A DNA stretch of 64,000 nt. Origin: Octopus bimaculoides (taxonomy: Eukaryota). Below are positions 1-13,487 of this stretch, piece by piece. The position numbers and the translations under genes are program-made. Under the pieces are notes generated by a model. It saw only the letters and a program-made list of their open reading frames with translations, ran no database searches and was not told the origin of the DNA. The number at the start of each line of letters is the position of its first letter. Position 1 is the first letter of the stretch. The DNA is taken from the NCBI RefSeq assembly GCF_001194135.2, contig NC_068988.1:83422666-83486665 (forward strand), read 5' to 3'.

Positions 1-54
1 TTTCAGAAAAAGTTGTAATGTTCATAGTTGTAACGTCTTTAATGATATACTTAC

Positions 55-250
55 TCAAACAGAATAGATCTGGTATTTAATACCCGATCTGTTTGCAAAT
101 CTACTGACTGTGCCATCACCCGTTCCGTTCTGACTCACTTGAATGATATCAATGCTATATTGGGCTATCTGACGATACTAGTTATTGTACCTTGTAATTT
201 CAGTGTTAAGTGTCTAGAGTTCGACCCCACGTTGGAATCATTTCACTTCC
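55..250 (-). pseudogene. Possible decayed LINE apurinic-endonuclease N-terminus
   Basis: Minus-strand pieces IPTWGRTL and AQYSIDIIQVSQNGTGDG resemble the GTWNVRTL and NIDILG.SE.RWTG.G motifs of RTE endonucleases, with stops and frameshifts between them. Confidence 0.3.
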
Positions 251-1071
251 CTCTGCCGCAGAGAAATGCATGAACGTCACAAAATTTTATTAATTTGTTT
301 CCTGTTGGTTTTGAATGAAACCTTGATGCTTGTATATAGAACAATAAAAGAGAAGCTATGGTAATTTCTTTTGACGAAATACAATGCCAATCTGGTTTAA
401 CTAAGTTCAGCCACCGCATCTTTTGGCATTTGTTTAATCGAACTACCCGGGAGGATTTTATCTTTGGATACCGACCGTATAAAGCATTCAAGTTGTTTGT
501 CTTTGCCCTAAGAGCAACAAGAGCAGCAGCAACAGTAACTTATAAATGTCACACTAATAACTAGAAACCTCAGCATCTTTGTATGGGCAGTCTATCGCCT
601 TCCCACTCATACCTATTGCCTCTTTATTTTTTTCGTTAATTTCAAAGCTCCTTTCTCCACCCGTCTTTCTTTGTTGTATGAAAAGAATCGTTCAATCTAG
701 TATGTAGCTATAATAGTATCTGAAGCGGCAATGATGGTGGTGGTAGTGGGGTTGTTTCCGTAACACACACATTATGCGTATATAATTATATTTCATATAT
801 ACAATATGTGAGTGATCATAAATTATATACATGCACACGTATTTAATCAAATACAATAAGACGTGTGTGTGTGTATAGTCACGGACTCTGGAGAGGAATT
901 TTTTCGAGGGCTACAAAGTTAATTTCTAACCCTCTTTTCGTTGTAAATGTTTTCAGAATATACATTTTCTGGGATCCCAAAGAATGTCCCTATATCCCTT
1001 CATTCATTGATTCAGATGTGCGTGTATCTGTATATTTTGGTATGTATGCATGCGTGTCTTGCACACGTGTA

Positions 1072-1102
<31 letters not shown>

Positions 1103-1578
1103 TACACATTCACATATCAGAGACGCACAGAAAGGAACATCATGCACACATTCACATAGATGTTCTCTGCTGCTGCTCTTTGTTCCACATCCAGCTGCTG
1201 TGTGTCAAGAAGGGAGAGGGAGTCAAGCTGACGCTGGATAATTAATACATGATACTTTTCTTGTACGACGGGGGGAGGGAAATCCTTGTGTATTATCCGT
1301 TCTCTTTCATCCAAGTTTCATTGTTCGAAGACTTCGCCTGTATAAATCTCAATTGCTTGTATTGGCATGTATGGAATAGCGCCTGTTGGTATGTAGTCGC
1401 TCATTTGAGACTACATTTCTCTTGCAATGTCTTCATATTCATGCAGAAAAGGGAATATTGCTTTTCCCCTCCGAGCCCCACTGCAATCTAGGAATGTTGG
1501 GAACAAAAGAACAGATTAGTTGAGAAGAACGCAACACAAACGAGGGCATACCCACGTGTCCTATCCCGATTGTGTGAC

Positions 1579-1885
1579 CTCGTAATTTTCAGAAAAATAG
1601 ATATTTTTGATTAAAAAATTTTTTTTTACAAATACCTTTCAGATGGCGTAGATTATGATTATATCGGAATTTAATGTAAAAAAAGAAAAAAGGGAAACTT
1701 TTGGGCGCGCACACATACATGCTGATACATATGATAACTTGAAATAAAAAAATAATCAGTATGTAAGTGTGCGCACCCACCAATTTTTTTTTTTCTAACA
1801 TCAAATATAATCGTAATCAACACCATCTGAAAGGTATTTGGAGAACATTTCATTAAAAGACATCTATTTTTCTGAAAGTTATGAG
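1579..1885. mobile_element. MITE-like palindromic element
   Basis: ctcgtaattttcagaaaaatagatat and acatctatttttctgaaagttatgag are inverted termini, and aaatacctttcagatgg and ccatctgaaaggtattt form an internal inverted pair. Confidence 0.7.
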
Positions 1886-2614
1886 ATGGGACACACTTGT
1901 GTTGGTATGATGACCAAACGAAATCTTGTTTAGTCTCAGGTCAACTCTGATAAGATCGGACTAAACGTTAAAGGTATTTTAGCTGTGGTCTTCCTATCTT
2001 TTATTCAGACATACCCCTATCTAAGACTGCATTCATACAACGTTTCTGCTTTTTGAAGATGGCTTGGTCGCTTTTTCCGCCAGGTTGAGTCGCTACTTAG
2101 AGCAGCTCCCTCGTGTATCTGGCGACATAACAGTAAGTGATTTTAGATACGAAACCACAAATTTAGTGAGACGAGGAAGAACTTGATTGTATACTCTTTC
2201 CCCAATATAGAAGCTTGGGTTGGCTTGAGTACAGGGAAGTCACACACAATACACAAATATTAATTGTGACATTTTCTCTGACATCCGATTTCTAATACAT
2301 GACAAAACTACAGGGAGTGATCGATTGTATATAGGCGCCTGTGTTTATTGGTGGGAGGAATGCGAGATTATTGTCTACAGACAGACCAGAAATGTGGCAA
2401 GAACGCTTGCCATAAAATGGACAACCTCTAAAGGCCCGGTAGTGGTGAGTGTTAAATTAAGTGACAACTGCAGTCTATTCCACAAACTCCCACTTAGTTT
2501 CCAATTACCTAATTCTACTGAAAAGGTTTGGGTCGCCCTCAGGGCTTATCTCAATCTCTGCCGTTGGCTTATTTCCCTTAATTCAGTTATTAAGGAAACT
2601 AGCTTAAAGCGCTG

Positions 2615-3150
2615 CGCTGGCAGAACTGGTAGCACGGCAGAGAAAGTGCTTACTTAGTAGCATTTCGTCTGTTTTATGGTCAGAGCTCAAATTTCGTCGA
2701 GGTTGATTTTGCCTTTCATCCTTTCGGGACGATAAAATACGTACCAGTTGAGCACCAGCATCGATGTGATAGACTTCTCCCTCCCCTTAAAAATTGTTGG
2801 CCCTGTGCCAAAATTTGAAACCATTAAGGAAACGAACTGGTACATTGGTAGCGTGTCAGATAAATTGTTTAGAGGTATATCATATCTTCTCTTTACGTTT
2901 TGAATTCAAATCCCACAGCAAGATCAACTTGCCTTTCATCCTTTTCGGCGTTGATAAAATACATACCAGTTGAGCACTGGGGTTGATGTACTCGACTAAA
3001 CCTCATCCACTAAAATTACTGGGCTTGTACCTAGATTTGAAACCAGCAAAGGCGGCGAGCTAGCAAACTTGTTAGTGTCGGACAATGCCTAGCAGCATTT
3101 TTCCCGAATTAGCTGAGTTCAAATTCTGCCTGTGCTTATCGTAGAAAGAA
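2615..3150. mobile_element. Cluster of family B SINEs (two +, one -)
   Basis: Shared core gagttcaaattc...gaggt(c/t)gactttgcctttcatcctttcgg...ataaaat..gtaccagttgagcac, and tail ...aaatttgaaaccatt. Confidence 0.8.
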
Positions 3151-3525
3151 TTACTCTTTATTCTTTTACTCGTTTCAGTCATGTGACTGCGGCCATGCTG
3201 GAGCACCACCTTTAGTCGAACAAATCGATCCCAGGACTTATTCTTTGTAGGCCTAGTACTTATTCTATCGGTCTCTTGCCGATCTGTTACGTTACGGGGA
3301 CGTAAACACACCAACATTGGTTGTCAGGCGATGGTGAGTGGGGGACACAAATACATACATACACACACACATATATAGGACAGGCTTCTTTCAGTTTCCG
3401 TCAACCAAATCCACTCACAAGGCTTTGGTCGGCCCGAGGAAATAGTAGAAGACACTGGCAGTGGGACTGAACTCGGAACCATGTGGTTGGGAAGCAAGCT
3501 TCGTACCACAGCCACTCTTGCGCCT
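3150..3525 (-). mobile_element. tRNA-derived SINE (family A)
   Basis: Reverse-complement match to 63189-63575 over most of its length, with CpGs retained. Confidence 0.85.
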
Positions 3526-3566
3526 ATTCTGTGTAACAATTTTTTTTATTTATATTACCTTTGGTT

Positions 3567-3965
3567 AGTAAGTGTTATTTCTTTCTTGATTCTATCTAGA
3601 ATTCAAAGGAAATGATATGATCCCTTCAAACTTTGCTTTTGTAATCTGGGCATCAATGTTTTGAAACTGACCTATTTTCAGAAAAATTCGGGGTCGAGTT
3701 GCTGAAGCAGAAATATCGTTATAGTAAATATTCTGCTCAATATCATAGATTTGCTTGACTTTAACCACTTAAGCATGTCTCTTAGTGGCCGATAATATAT
3801 GCATCTCTGATCATTAACAGGAGTAGTGGGGGAGCTTCATAGCCATATGTTGAGAGGTATTCTTTGAGGTTTGAATAAATGTAAGAAAAGCAGAGTTTGA
3901 AGGAAATGTGGCAAGAACGCTTGCCATAAAGTCGACAATTTTCATACTTTCTAGGGGTAAGTAAA
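3567..3965 (+). repeat. ~400 bp interspersed repeat, second copy at ~45752-46152
   Basis: Colinear similarity throughout (cccttcaaactttgcttttgt, gagttgctgaagcagaaatatc, gtttgaataaatg, ttctag.ggtaagtaa). Confidence 0.8.
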
Positions 3966-6239
3966 TAGGAAATAACTGTTGCTAGCCAAAGTCAGAAAAC
4001 GTGTTACATGGTGTTATTATTGCTATTATTCACATTACTGCTCGCTAAAATTTATTCGTAAACTTGTTTCTATATGTAAAACCTGTTTTATCGATTAAGC
4101 GGGTTCGTGTTATCTATGCTTGATTGACGAGATCTAATTAGATCAATCATATTCTTCGCTGTTTACTGTCTCTTCTAACTAAGAAAAAAGTTGTTAGGTT
4201 TTCTTTTTAATTCTGATTTGAAACAAAATTTCAATTCATGACAATTTTTGTTTTGCGTATAACATTCAGTGCATCCATGATTTATCTCAGTCTTGCCCGT
4301 GTGCTTATCTGAATTATTTCTCTTAGTTCAATTTTGTAGCGGGTGGAGGGGTGTATGGCAGGCATTTGCTAATTATTCTGTACAGTAGGATGGAACCTAA
4401 AACCACAAGACTGTTGAACAAACTTAACCAACCATACAGCCATAGCTGTTTCCCCTTTGAGATATGTCTTGAAACTTCTTTGGAAATGGATTGGATTTGG
4501 GGCACAATGAGTAATATTTTGCTAAAGTAAGACAATTTCTTTTTTGTTTTATTTCTTTAGAATTACGTTTGAAAAAAGACTCGTACACATCAATATCCAT
4601 CCTTGGACATCAAAAAGTGCAGAAATGCAACAAAAATTTCAAATATCTAGGTCAAATGAAAGAAGCTCGTGGAAAAACAGCACATGATGTGAAATTAACG
4701 AAACTTGACTAAATCTAAGGACTCAACATAAAATCTTTACGATTTGCTGGGGTGGCTCTCTTCCTGATTTATTGAAATTAGTCATTATAGATTTTGCCCC
4801 ACTTTAGACATTGTTTGAAAATTGTCTAATTAGACATTAGTGTGGGTAAAAAAGAATTGACTTGAAATCTAACAGAGAAAGGAATGTTTATTGTTAAACA
4901 AAAAGTTATCTATATATTTTATTAGCAATCTCATTTAGAATCGTGTCAAAGTTTAGGGAAAATCTATTGAAAAAAAAAAGAAATGTACCTGTCACCTGAC
5001 CGTTTCAAACTCTCCCAACTTCAACAATAGCTATGCTGACCAATTTTTACAAAATGGTGATGCAGTGCTTGCGTATTATTAAAGTTATTGAAGTTTTCTT
5101 TGGGCATAAAAGGATGACTTGAAGTACCTAATGTGATTATGCAGAACTATTCAACAGAAAATATAGAATTTTCAATTATATCGTTAATGTAAATGAAAAA
5201 TAATTGAAATTATTACCAGAATATTCTGTTATCGATTACTTTCATTTTTTAAATATTGTACCAATTTTCACAAGAAAAAAATCCCAGCACGAACCAGAGA
5301 ATCTAAATAGTTGATCGGCCTGCAAGAAAAACAACTAAATCTCATTTAAGTCACACTAGTCGTTAAAAAAGGATATGCATTAGATAAAGTAGTACTAGAA
5401 GCATTATGCTGAAAAAAATCGAATCCAAAATGGTACTAGAGTTTGCTTTCACTCAAATTTTGGGTAAACTTTTTCACTCGTCTCACCTCGAAGGTGTGTT
5501 TTATATAAAGAACGAGTCATTTCCGACTGTTATGATGGCCAGATTCGTTCAAAACACATCAGAAAACTTCACTGTCAAAGCGAGACTGATTTTATAGTAT
5601 AAATGTACTATATTTGAACACTGTTCACTGCGAAAATGTATACGCTCAATAACTGATGCATTAATATTTCAGTGTCAAAGAAGTGAAGCATAAGCAATCT
5701 CCGGTTAAAGAATGTCTGAACGGACGCACATCAAAACTGCGTTGTTTCTCGGCTCATCGAAGGACAACACTATGCTCTTGCTACTCTAAGTCGGATCACT
5801 TGTGTTATTTGGTTTAAATTTTTCTTGTTTATCTCCGTAACCATGTTGTCAAACGTAAATCCGACGAAAGTTGTGATGCACCAAAGAGAAGGGATACAAT
5901 CAGAAAACGGTGAAACGACAATGACATTTGACTTATTAATCGGGCAACGTTAACATTTAAAAGGCTCTGTCTCTCAATGTAGTCTTGGTTCAGTGCCAGA
6001 CACGAAACTTTTTACAGAGATTAGAAAGCTGCACGAATAGCAAGGTGATAGTATGGAAGAATTTATTGCAAGTTAGGTTGATAAATCGTTTCTAAGAGGA
6101 GGTTAATTTACACAATATTCGTGCAAAGCACAACAGCTGCTTTGTTTGATATACGTCCATACACACATATATAAATACTATAGTTAAATTATTAGAACGC
6201 AGTATTGACTTATAAAAACATTTAGTATACTTTATAGTA

Positions 6240-7220
6240 TACTAGCTGAATAGCCCGTCATTGCCAGGCAATTTTTACAATAGAATGTCTTATTCCATTT
6301 TGGATCTTTCTGATTTGGCGGACACCATTTTTTATTTAGTGTGTTTTGTACTGAAACACTTTAAAACTTCGTATACTTGTATATTTTATCTTATAGAACA
6401 GAGAAAAAAATTTATATTCGAAGTTATTTCATGTTAAAAGTTGTCGTATTTCGGTAATTTCAACCAATCACTGACGTCTATTTCAGTGAAAACAATTACT
6501 GCTGTGGTTCGTCAACAACACGTTGTGGCGGTGTAATGGGATCTTTTCCCTTGAATAAAATTAGTGCCGTTGTTTGTCAACACCAACTATCGGCGGTACT
6601 GTTATTTATGACATCGTTCGTGCGTTTGTACTGATTTTAGCTTTAGGGTTATGAGTATTNNNNNNNNNNNNNNNNNNNNNNNNNNNNNNNNNNNNNNNNN
6701 NNNNNNNNNNNNNNNNNNNNNNNNNNNNNNNNNNNNNNNNNNNNNNNNNNNNNNNNNNNNNNNNNNNNNNNNNNNNNNNNNNNNNNNNNNNNNNNNNNNN
6801 NNNNNNNNNNNNNNNNNNNNNNNNNNNNNNNNNNNNNNNNNNNNNNNNNNNNNNNNNNNNNNNNNNNNNNNNNNNNNNNNNNNNNNNNNAAAAATACTCC
6901 TAACCGTAACCCTAACCCTAACCCTAAAACCCTAAAGCTAAAACCAGTACAAACGCACGAAGGATGTCATAAATAACAGTACCGCCGATAGTTGCTGTTG
7001 ACAAACAACGGCACTAATTTTATTCAAGGGAAAAGATCCCATTACACCGCCACAACGTGTTGTTGACGAACCACAGCAGTAATTGTTTTCACTGAAATAC
7101 GACAACTTTAACACGAAATAACTTTAAAAATATAAACTTTTCTCAACAACACTAAGAGTAAAAGGTTTTATATGACACATTCTACCAGTGTCCCAAGTTT
7201 GAAAGTGTTTCGTTAGAAAA
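6240..7220. repeat. Long fold-back (inverted repeat) element with internal telomere-like repeats; possibly Helitron/Helentron-related
   Basis: Inner arms 6479-6650 and 6929-7099 are reverse complements with ~3 mismatches; weaker outer arms extend to ~6340 and ~7220. (TAACCC)n lies at 6901-6925. The start ACTAGCTGAATAGCCCG resembles recalled Helitron-like element ends. Confidence 0.7.
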
Positions 7221-7889
7221 CAAATGGTCCTTATCTATATCGATAAAATTTAATTATAAAAATACAATTGGGTTTTTTTTAAAGTTGAATATTTTATGGG
7301 GGTCCAGTAGAGTAAAATAGGCATCAAAGGGGTTCAAAGGCAAAAAAATGGTTGAATACCACTGCATTTGAGTGTCAGAATAAAAGCTTTACTGTATTTC
7401 TTCTGACTGTTTATGTTCTGAGTTCAAATTCTGACAGGGTCAACTTAGCCTCTTCTGGGGTTGATAAAATATAGTTCTCAAGTGCTGGGGTCAATGATAT
7501 TGACTTGCACCACACATGGCTTATTATCAGTTGAGCTGCACCTAATTTAGAAACAATTATTTTACGAAATAAGTAAAAGAGGAAATTTTACATAAGGGAA
7601 AACAAATAACAAAATGCATTTACCAAAAATAGCTATTTTATTAAATTTGGTGCTTCAAAAATGTTAATAGACTGATACTAAAAGTATTCTCTTCTGAACA
7701 GAAGCAAAAAAAAAAAATCATTAAGCAAAACCATTTAACAGCATGACTTAAAATGTATAGCTGATTGTGAATAGCTATCACTACCTCATGAGGAAAGAAA
7801 TTGAGTACGTTTTTTAGCCTTCATTTTTTTTTTTTTTTTCCTCTGGGCGATCTTTAGTTTTAAGTAAATATATCTGTGGGACCCCAAAT

Positions 7890-8280
7890 ACTTGATTTGT
7901 GTGTGTGGTAAGAAGTTTGCTCCCCAATCATGTCGTTTTGAGTTCAGTCCCATCGCGCAGCACCTTCAGCATGTCTTCTATAGTCCCAGGCCAACAAAAG
8001 CTTTTTGTGAGTGGATTTGGTTGATAGAAACTGAAAGAAACATGTCGTGTGTGTGGGTGTGCGCGCACGCGTGCCTTGTGTTTGTCCCCACCACCTCTTA
8101 ACAACCAGTACTGGTTTGTTTATGTCCTTGTATCTTAGCAGTTTGGTAAGAGACAAATAGAATAGGTACCAGGCTTAAAAATAAGTATTAGGGTCAATTT
8201 GTTCAATCAAACCCTTTAGGACGATGCTCCAGTATGACCGCAGCCTGGTGACTGAAGCAAGTAAAAAAAGAATAAAAGAA
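7890..8280 (+). mobile_element. tRNA-derived SINE (family A), CpG-decayed
   Basis: Colinear with 63189-63575, with many CG to TG/CA changes. Confidence 0.8.
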
Positions 8281-10926
8281 AGGAAAATTGTTCCAAGAGT
8301 CCTGCAAAAGCATTTTATTTGGCAACCAAACACTTTATTGGGAATATACATGTGTGTATTAATGCTTGCTTGGAATATATGCATGTCTGTCAATGTTTTG
8401 TCCCATGTCTCAAACTGGTATGTACGGACATTACTATGTAATATGGTTTATGTGTATGTATACTTGCAATTATCTTATTGATAGTGTGAAGTTGTAGATG
8501 GTGTGCAGTCATAGATGATAGCTAAGTTGATGTCACAACTACATGGTTCTGGGTTTGATCACAGTGTACAGTATATTGGGAAGGTATCTTCTACTATAGC
8601 CATGATTTGACCAATATATTGTGCATAAAATTTGGTAGACATATTACTCAGGAGCCTTTTGTTGAGTGTGTAGTTTGTATGTTGAAATCTTTCAGAATGT
8701 ATATCCTGTTTTAAACCAGCTATGACTAATTTTTTTCACGCATATGTAATGAACATATGGCAAATCTAAAGAAACGTCTGTAGACAGAAGAGAGATTGGC
8801 TAGATCAGGTTTCTGTCCTTAATTAGGATCTTCGTCAGCCACTTGTCATATTATATCTCCCCAAGGAAAGTTACATAATAGGTAGTAATTTATAACCACT
8901 AAATCAGTTAGTTATGCTAAACCAGTAAATCTATGTTTGTGTGTATGTTGATGAGCTTGACACTTCATCAGTTTAAAATGAGGTCAGTAAAATATAGAAC
9001 AATAAAATAATTATCAGATGGAAATAATTACTGGGATTACTGTGATCATTTAGAACAACTAAGTGTAGTGCTCCAGCGTGGATATAGCCTAATGACAGTA
9101 ATAGAAGAATATTGGTGTGACTCTATTGATATGTGTTTTGTATTGTGCATGGAAGTGTATGTTGGTGTGACCTTATGGGTGTGTGTGTGTGTGTGTTTCT
9201 CTTTTTATTATATTCATAATATAAATGGCTGCTGAACTCTTCCTCCAGCAAGATATAAAAACTCACTTCAGCAAGTTGAGAATAAGAGCCAAACTGTGTA
9301 TTTGTTAGTAAACTGAAGCCGTTTGCCTGACAACAACAACAACAATGATGATGATGCTTTATGATCAAATATTACATTGAAGCATAGAACAATGTGCTAA
9401 GAAGAATGGTTGGTTGGTTTACATAGTCTTTTTACTTTACTATTGTTTCAGTGAACAAGTAAATCACCTAACTCAATTGTTTCATCTATGCATCACTATT
9501 TCTGAATGAATGTATGTCTTGCTATTTCCTATAATTTACTTTTCTCTCACTCACTCTGTGTGTGTGTGTGTGTGTGCATGAAAACACACACACACACACA
9601 CAGACACACACACACACACACACACATATATATGACACAAACACACTCAGAGGTAGGATGGTAGATTAATAGATAGAAAGATATATAGTTAAAAAAGCTG
9701 ATTTCTATATGCATGAAAACAGCAAGCATTGACTGAGATTAGGTGCCCAATACAAGTGTAGGGTTTGATATTTATAATTTTTATTGATTGCAACTTTGAA
9801 GTGTCATGAGGTGTGTAGTTTTACCACTGGAGAAACTAGTCATTGTCAATATAATACCATCATAAAGAAAGTAAACATTACAGACACATACACACATCAT
9901 TATTTAATGTCCTCCATAAATACACATATATTAGAGAGAGAGAAAGATTTGGTAGAACAAACAAGATAAAAAGAACTTATATATATTTTATCTTTAATCA
10001 GCAGAAGTTACAAAGTGCCATGCACATAACTTTCAGTCCTTCAGTCACTTTATAACTTCCGATGTATAAAAATAATTATATGTGTATATATATATATATA
10101 TATNNNNNNNNNNNNNNNNNNNNNNNNNNNNNNNNNNNNNNNNNNNNNNNNNNNNNNNNNNNNNNNNNNNNNNNNNNNNNNNNNNNNNNNNNNNNNNNNN
10201 NNNNNNNNNNNNNNNNNNNNNNNNNNNNNNNNNNNNNNNNNNNNNNNNNNNNNNNNNNNNNNNNNNNNNNNNNNNNNNNNNNNNNNNNNNNNNNNNNNNN
10301 NNNNNNNNNNNNNNNNNNNNNNNNNNNNNNNNNNNNNNNNNNNNNNNNNNNNNNNNNNNNNNNNNNNNNNNNNNNNNNNNNNNNNNNNNNNNNNNNNNNN
10401 NNNNNNNNNNNNNNNNNNNNNNNNNNNNNNNNNNNNNNNNNNNNNNNNNNNNNNNNNNNNNNNNNNNNNNNNNNNNNNNNNNNNNNNNNNNNNNNNNNNN
10501 NNNNNNNNNNNNNNNNNNNNNNNNNNNNNNNNNNNNNNNNNNNNNNNNNNNNNNNNNNNNNNNNNNNNNNNNNNNNNNNNNNNNNNNNNNNNNNNNNNNN
10601 NNNNNNNNNNNNNNNNNNNNNNNNNNNNNNNNNNNNNNNNNNNNNNNNNNNNNNNNNNNNNNNNNNNNNNNNNNNNNNNTGGACTGGCTTGTGCGGGTGG
10701 CACATAAAAGACACCATTTCGTGCGGGTGACACGTAAAAGCACCCACTACACTCTATCCAGCTGTAGAAACTCTGCCAAATTAGACTGGAGCCTGGTGTT
10801 GCCATCCGGTTTCACCAGTCCTCAGTCAAATCGTCCAACCCATGCTAGCATGGAAAGCGGACGTTAAACGATGATGATGATGATGATATATATATGTGTG
10901 TGTGTGTGTATATGTATATATTTATA

Positions 10927-12362
10927 TGTACACACACTGAACCACAAAAGGAATGCAAGATGTGTGGAACTGTGAAATATGTTTTAATTTCATTACGTCT
11001 GAGACAAATTTTGATAAATCTGATAAAGTGAATTTCTTGGATGCACTTTGACCACAGTCTATGGGTTGTTGTCATGTGTTCTAGTAGGGGGCAGATCCAG
11101 CTCATCGAGATTGTAGGGTGTGACATGTTCAATACTGTGTATGCCTTCCCTGGGTGTTCGAAATGGCCATACCCCATCAGTACATGGTGTGCATGAGATG
11201 GTTCACAAAAGCCATTGGCACCTGTGCCCACATCCTGAAGAAGCTGCCTCTAGTTCCACACAAGTTGTCGGCCTCGGGACCACATGGTTCAGCCGTCTCT
11301 GGATTTCATCCCACAGGTATTCAATTTAGTTCGAATCTGTGCTGAGAGCTGGCTTCAGCATGGTTCTGATGTGATGATGCAGGAAGTCCATCTTGACCCT
11401 GGATATGTGAGTGGGAGCATTGTCCTGCTGGAACACATAGCTATGGTAATGCATGATGAAGGACACTATGTGAGGTCTTAGGATCTGGTCAATGTAGTGC
11501 TGCACTGTGATGCCATTCCATCTGCCTGCACCAACATTTTGAAACACACAGGGCCTAATTCTCTGATTCAGAACTATAGCACCCCAAACCATGATGCTTT
11601 GGCCATCCCACATGTCTCTCTCTCCATGACACATGCGTCTCTGTAGCATTCACTCTGCCATCTGTGGTGGAAACGCATTACTGGCTCTCGTCAGAGAAGA
11701 CTTTTGACCTCCATTGTTGATGCCGTCAGTGCTGTGTAGCCCACTGTAGTCATGCCTGATGGTGGCAGGCGATGAGGACAGGCCCTTGAGCAGGACGACG
11801 GCAACGCAGGATGTTGGCTGCCAGTCAATGTCATACCATGTCGTCGCTGTCCAGTGCCAATGGTTTCGCGACCTGTCATACTGGCCAGTCTGAAGCAATC
11901 ATGGAGGTGTTGCAGGTGGACGAAGTGGTCCTGCTGGGGCGTGGCCACCCAGGGGCACCCTCTGTGGGCACAGTCTGCAGTGCTGTTGGTACTGTTGTAT
12001 CGCTGTTGCAGGGACATTGTAAGCTTTCGCAACAACCAGAGCATGCTGCCCTGCTTGCAATTGACTGATAGCTTGTTCTCTTTGCACTGCTGACAATCAT
12101 GTCATACCTGATGCGTCTAAATTACGAATGTCAGGAACGCGGTTCAAGTTGATTTTTATACTTGTAACCTCCATGAAATGCACATGCATTTCAGTTTTCA
12201 TGACAATTGTTTGCAACTGCCACCCACAGCATTCAACACAGCTGCATTTTGGCGTCTCATTTCAGGGAAAGTTCAAAGGTTACCTACAATTTGGGTCTCA
12301 GCCATAAATCAGCATGTCTTGGAATATTTACATTTGCATTCCCGAAATAAATTTTCAGAATA
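10927..12362 (-). mobile_element. Tc1-family DNA transposon, transposase disrupted
   Basis: Minus-strand frames give an N-terminal HTH-like segment (MSAVQREQAISQLQAGQ...), VFSDES, IMVWGAI, FQQDNAPTH and DSN*IEYLWDEIQ (Tc1 DDE triad), with stops and frameshifts. The ends share only degenerate ctgaa...ggaatgcaa similarity. Confidence 0.85.
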
Positions 12363-12504
12363 TATATATATAATATAAATAAAATCGCCACCATTGTGTT
12401 AATGTCTGCTTTTCCATGCTTGCATGTGTTGGATGGAGTTTACTGAGGCAGATTTTCTATGGTTGGCTACCCTGCTTGTTACCAACCCTTACCTGTTTTC
12501 AAAC

Positions 12505-12745
12505 AAGGTGGACATGTGTGGCTTAGTGGTTAGGGTATTGGACTCATGATCGTAAGATTGTTTCAATTCCTGGACCAGGCAACATGTGTTCTTGAACAAA
12601 ACATTTCATTTCACATTGCTGCAGTCCACTCAGCTGGCAAAAATGGGTAATTCTGTGATGGACCAGTGTCCCATCCAGGTAGAGAATATATACACTGTAG
12701 AAACCAGAAAACCAGCCTTATGAGTGTATATGACTCAGGACGGAT
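12505..12745 (+). mobile_element. tRNA-derived SINE (family C); related head at ~40150-40330
   Basis: A-box-like gtggcttagtggtt, B-box-like gtttcaattcc, central tgtgttcttga(a/g)caaaaca.tt shared with the copy at ~40225. Confidence 0.6.
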
Positions 12746-13487
12746 CTTTATCTTTTTAGACAATGTTTTTGCAGAATATTGGAATTGAATGGCTTTCATT
12801 TACAACAATCATGCAATGTCAAGGAAAAGGAGACACAAGTACTCACTCGTACAAGTGCGTGCACACACACATACACATAAATATGCATGTGTGTGATATA
12901 TGTATAACTGGCTTCTTTCAGTTTCCACCTACCAGATCCATTCACAAGGCTTTGGTTATCCTGGAGCAATAGTTGAAACTTGCTCATGGTGCCATGCAAT
13001 GGATCTGAGCCCAAAGCCATGGGGTTGAGAAGCAGATTTCTTAATTACACAGCCTAACCAGTGCCTGCCTATTATATAACCTTCACCCACATCTATATCA
13101 TTCCCTACTCCCATTTCTTCCCCTGTCTCCTCCATTTCTTATTCACCTCTATCCTTCTCATTTCCTTAACCTAACCTTCTGCCTTGGTCACAGGACACAT
13201 CATTTGCATAGTAAGTGATGTGCTTTGTATAAACTTCCTGTTCTTGTTTTGATCATGTTTTTGGAAGGGGTTTCACTCAACCCTAGATAACACTGGATTT
13301 GTAGATATACCTAAATGTATGTTGTCTGATATTTACAATGAATGCCATTATCTGGTAAGTGTTACCTCCAGTTCTTTAACAGTGAAACAATAAATTCCAA
13401 CTCATAAGTTTGTTATGCTCCAGCTTGACTTGGATGGGACTTCAATGCACATTCCTGTCACAGTGCTTGGTTGAGCAAGTATAAGGA

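Noticed and set aside
1117-1500. Coding-looking minus-strand stretch
   Set aside because: Stops in all frames and no motif I can assign; possibly old retroelement debris.
4390-4687. ATG-initiated ORF with a GTAAG donor at 4527 and a strong acceptor at 4560 (34-nt intron)
   Set aside because: No recognisable homology, an implausibly short intron, and the donor phase is incompatible with the TRIC exon at 25560. It could still be a UTR exon but is unsupported.
6901-6947. True chromosome end
   Set aside because: Only ~3-4 units, embedded in an inverted-repeat element with sequence continuing on both sides.
10045-10867. Long ORFs of 180-270 aa in the track (also 6651-6935, 38256-39292 and 52649-53249)
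   Set aside because: They are open only because they run through N-gaps.
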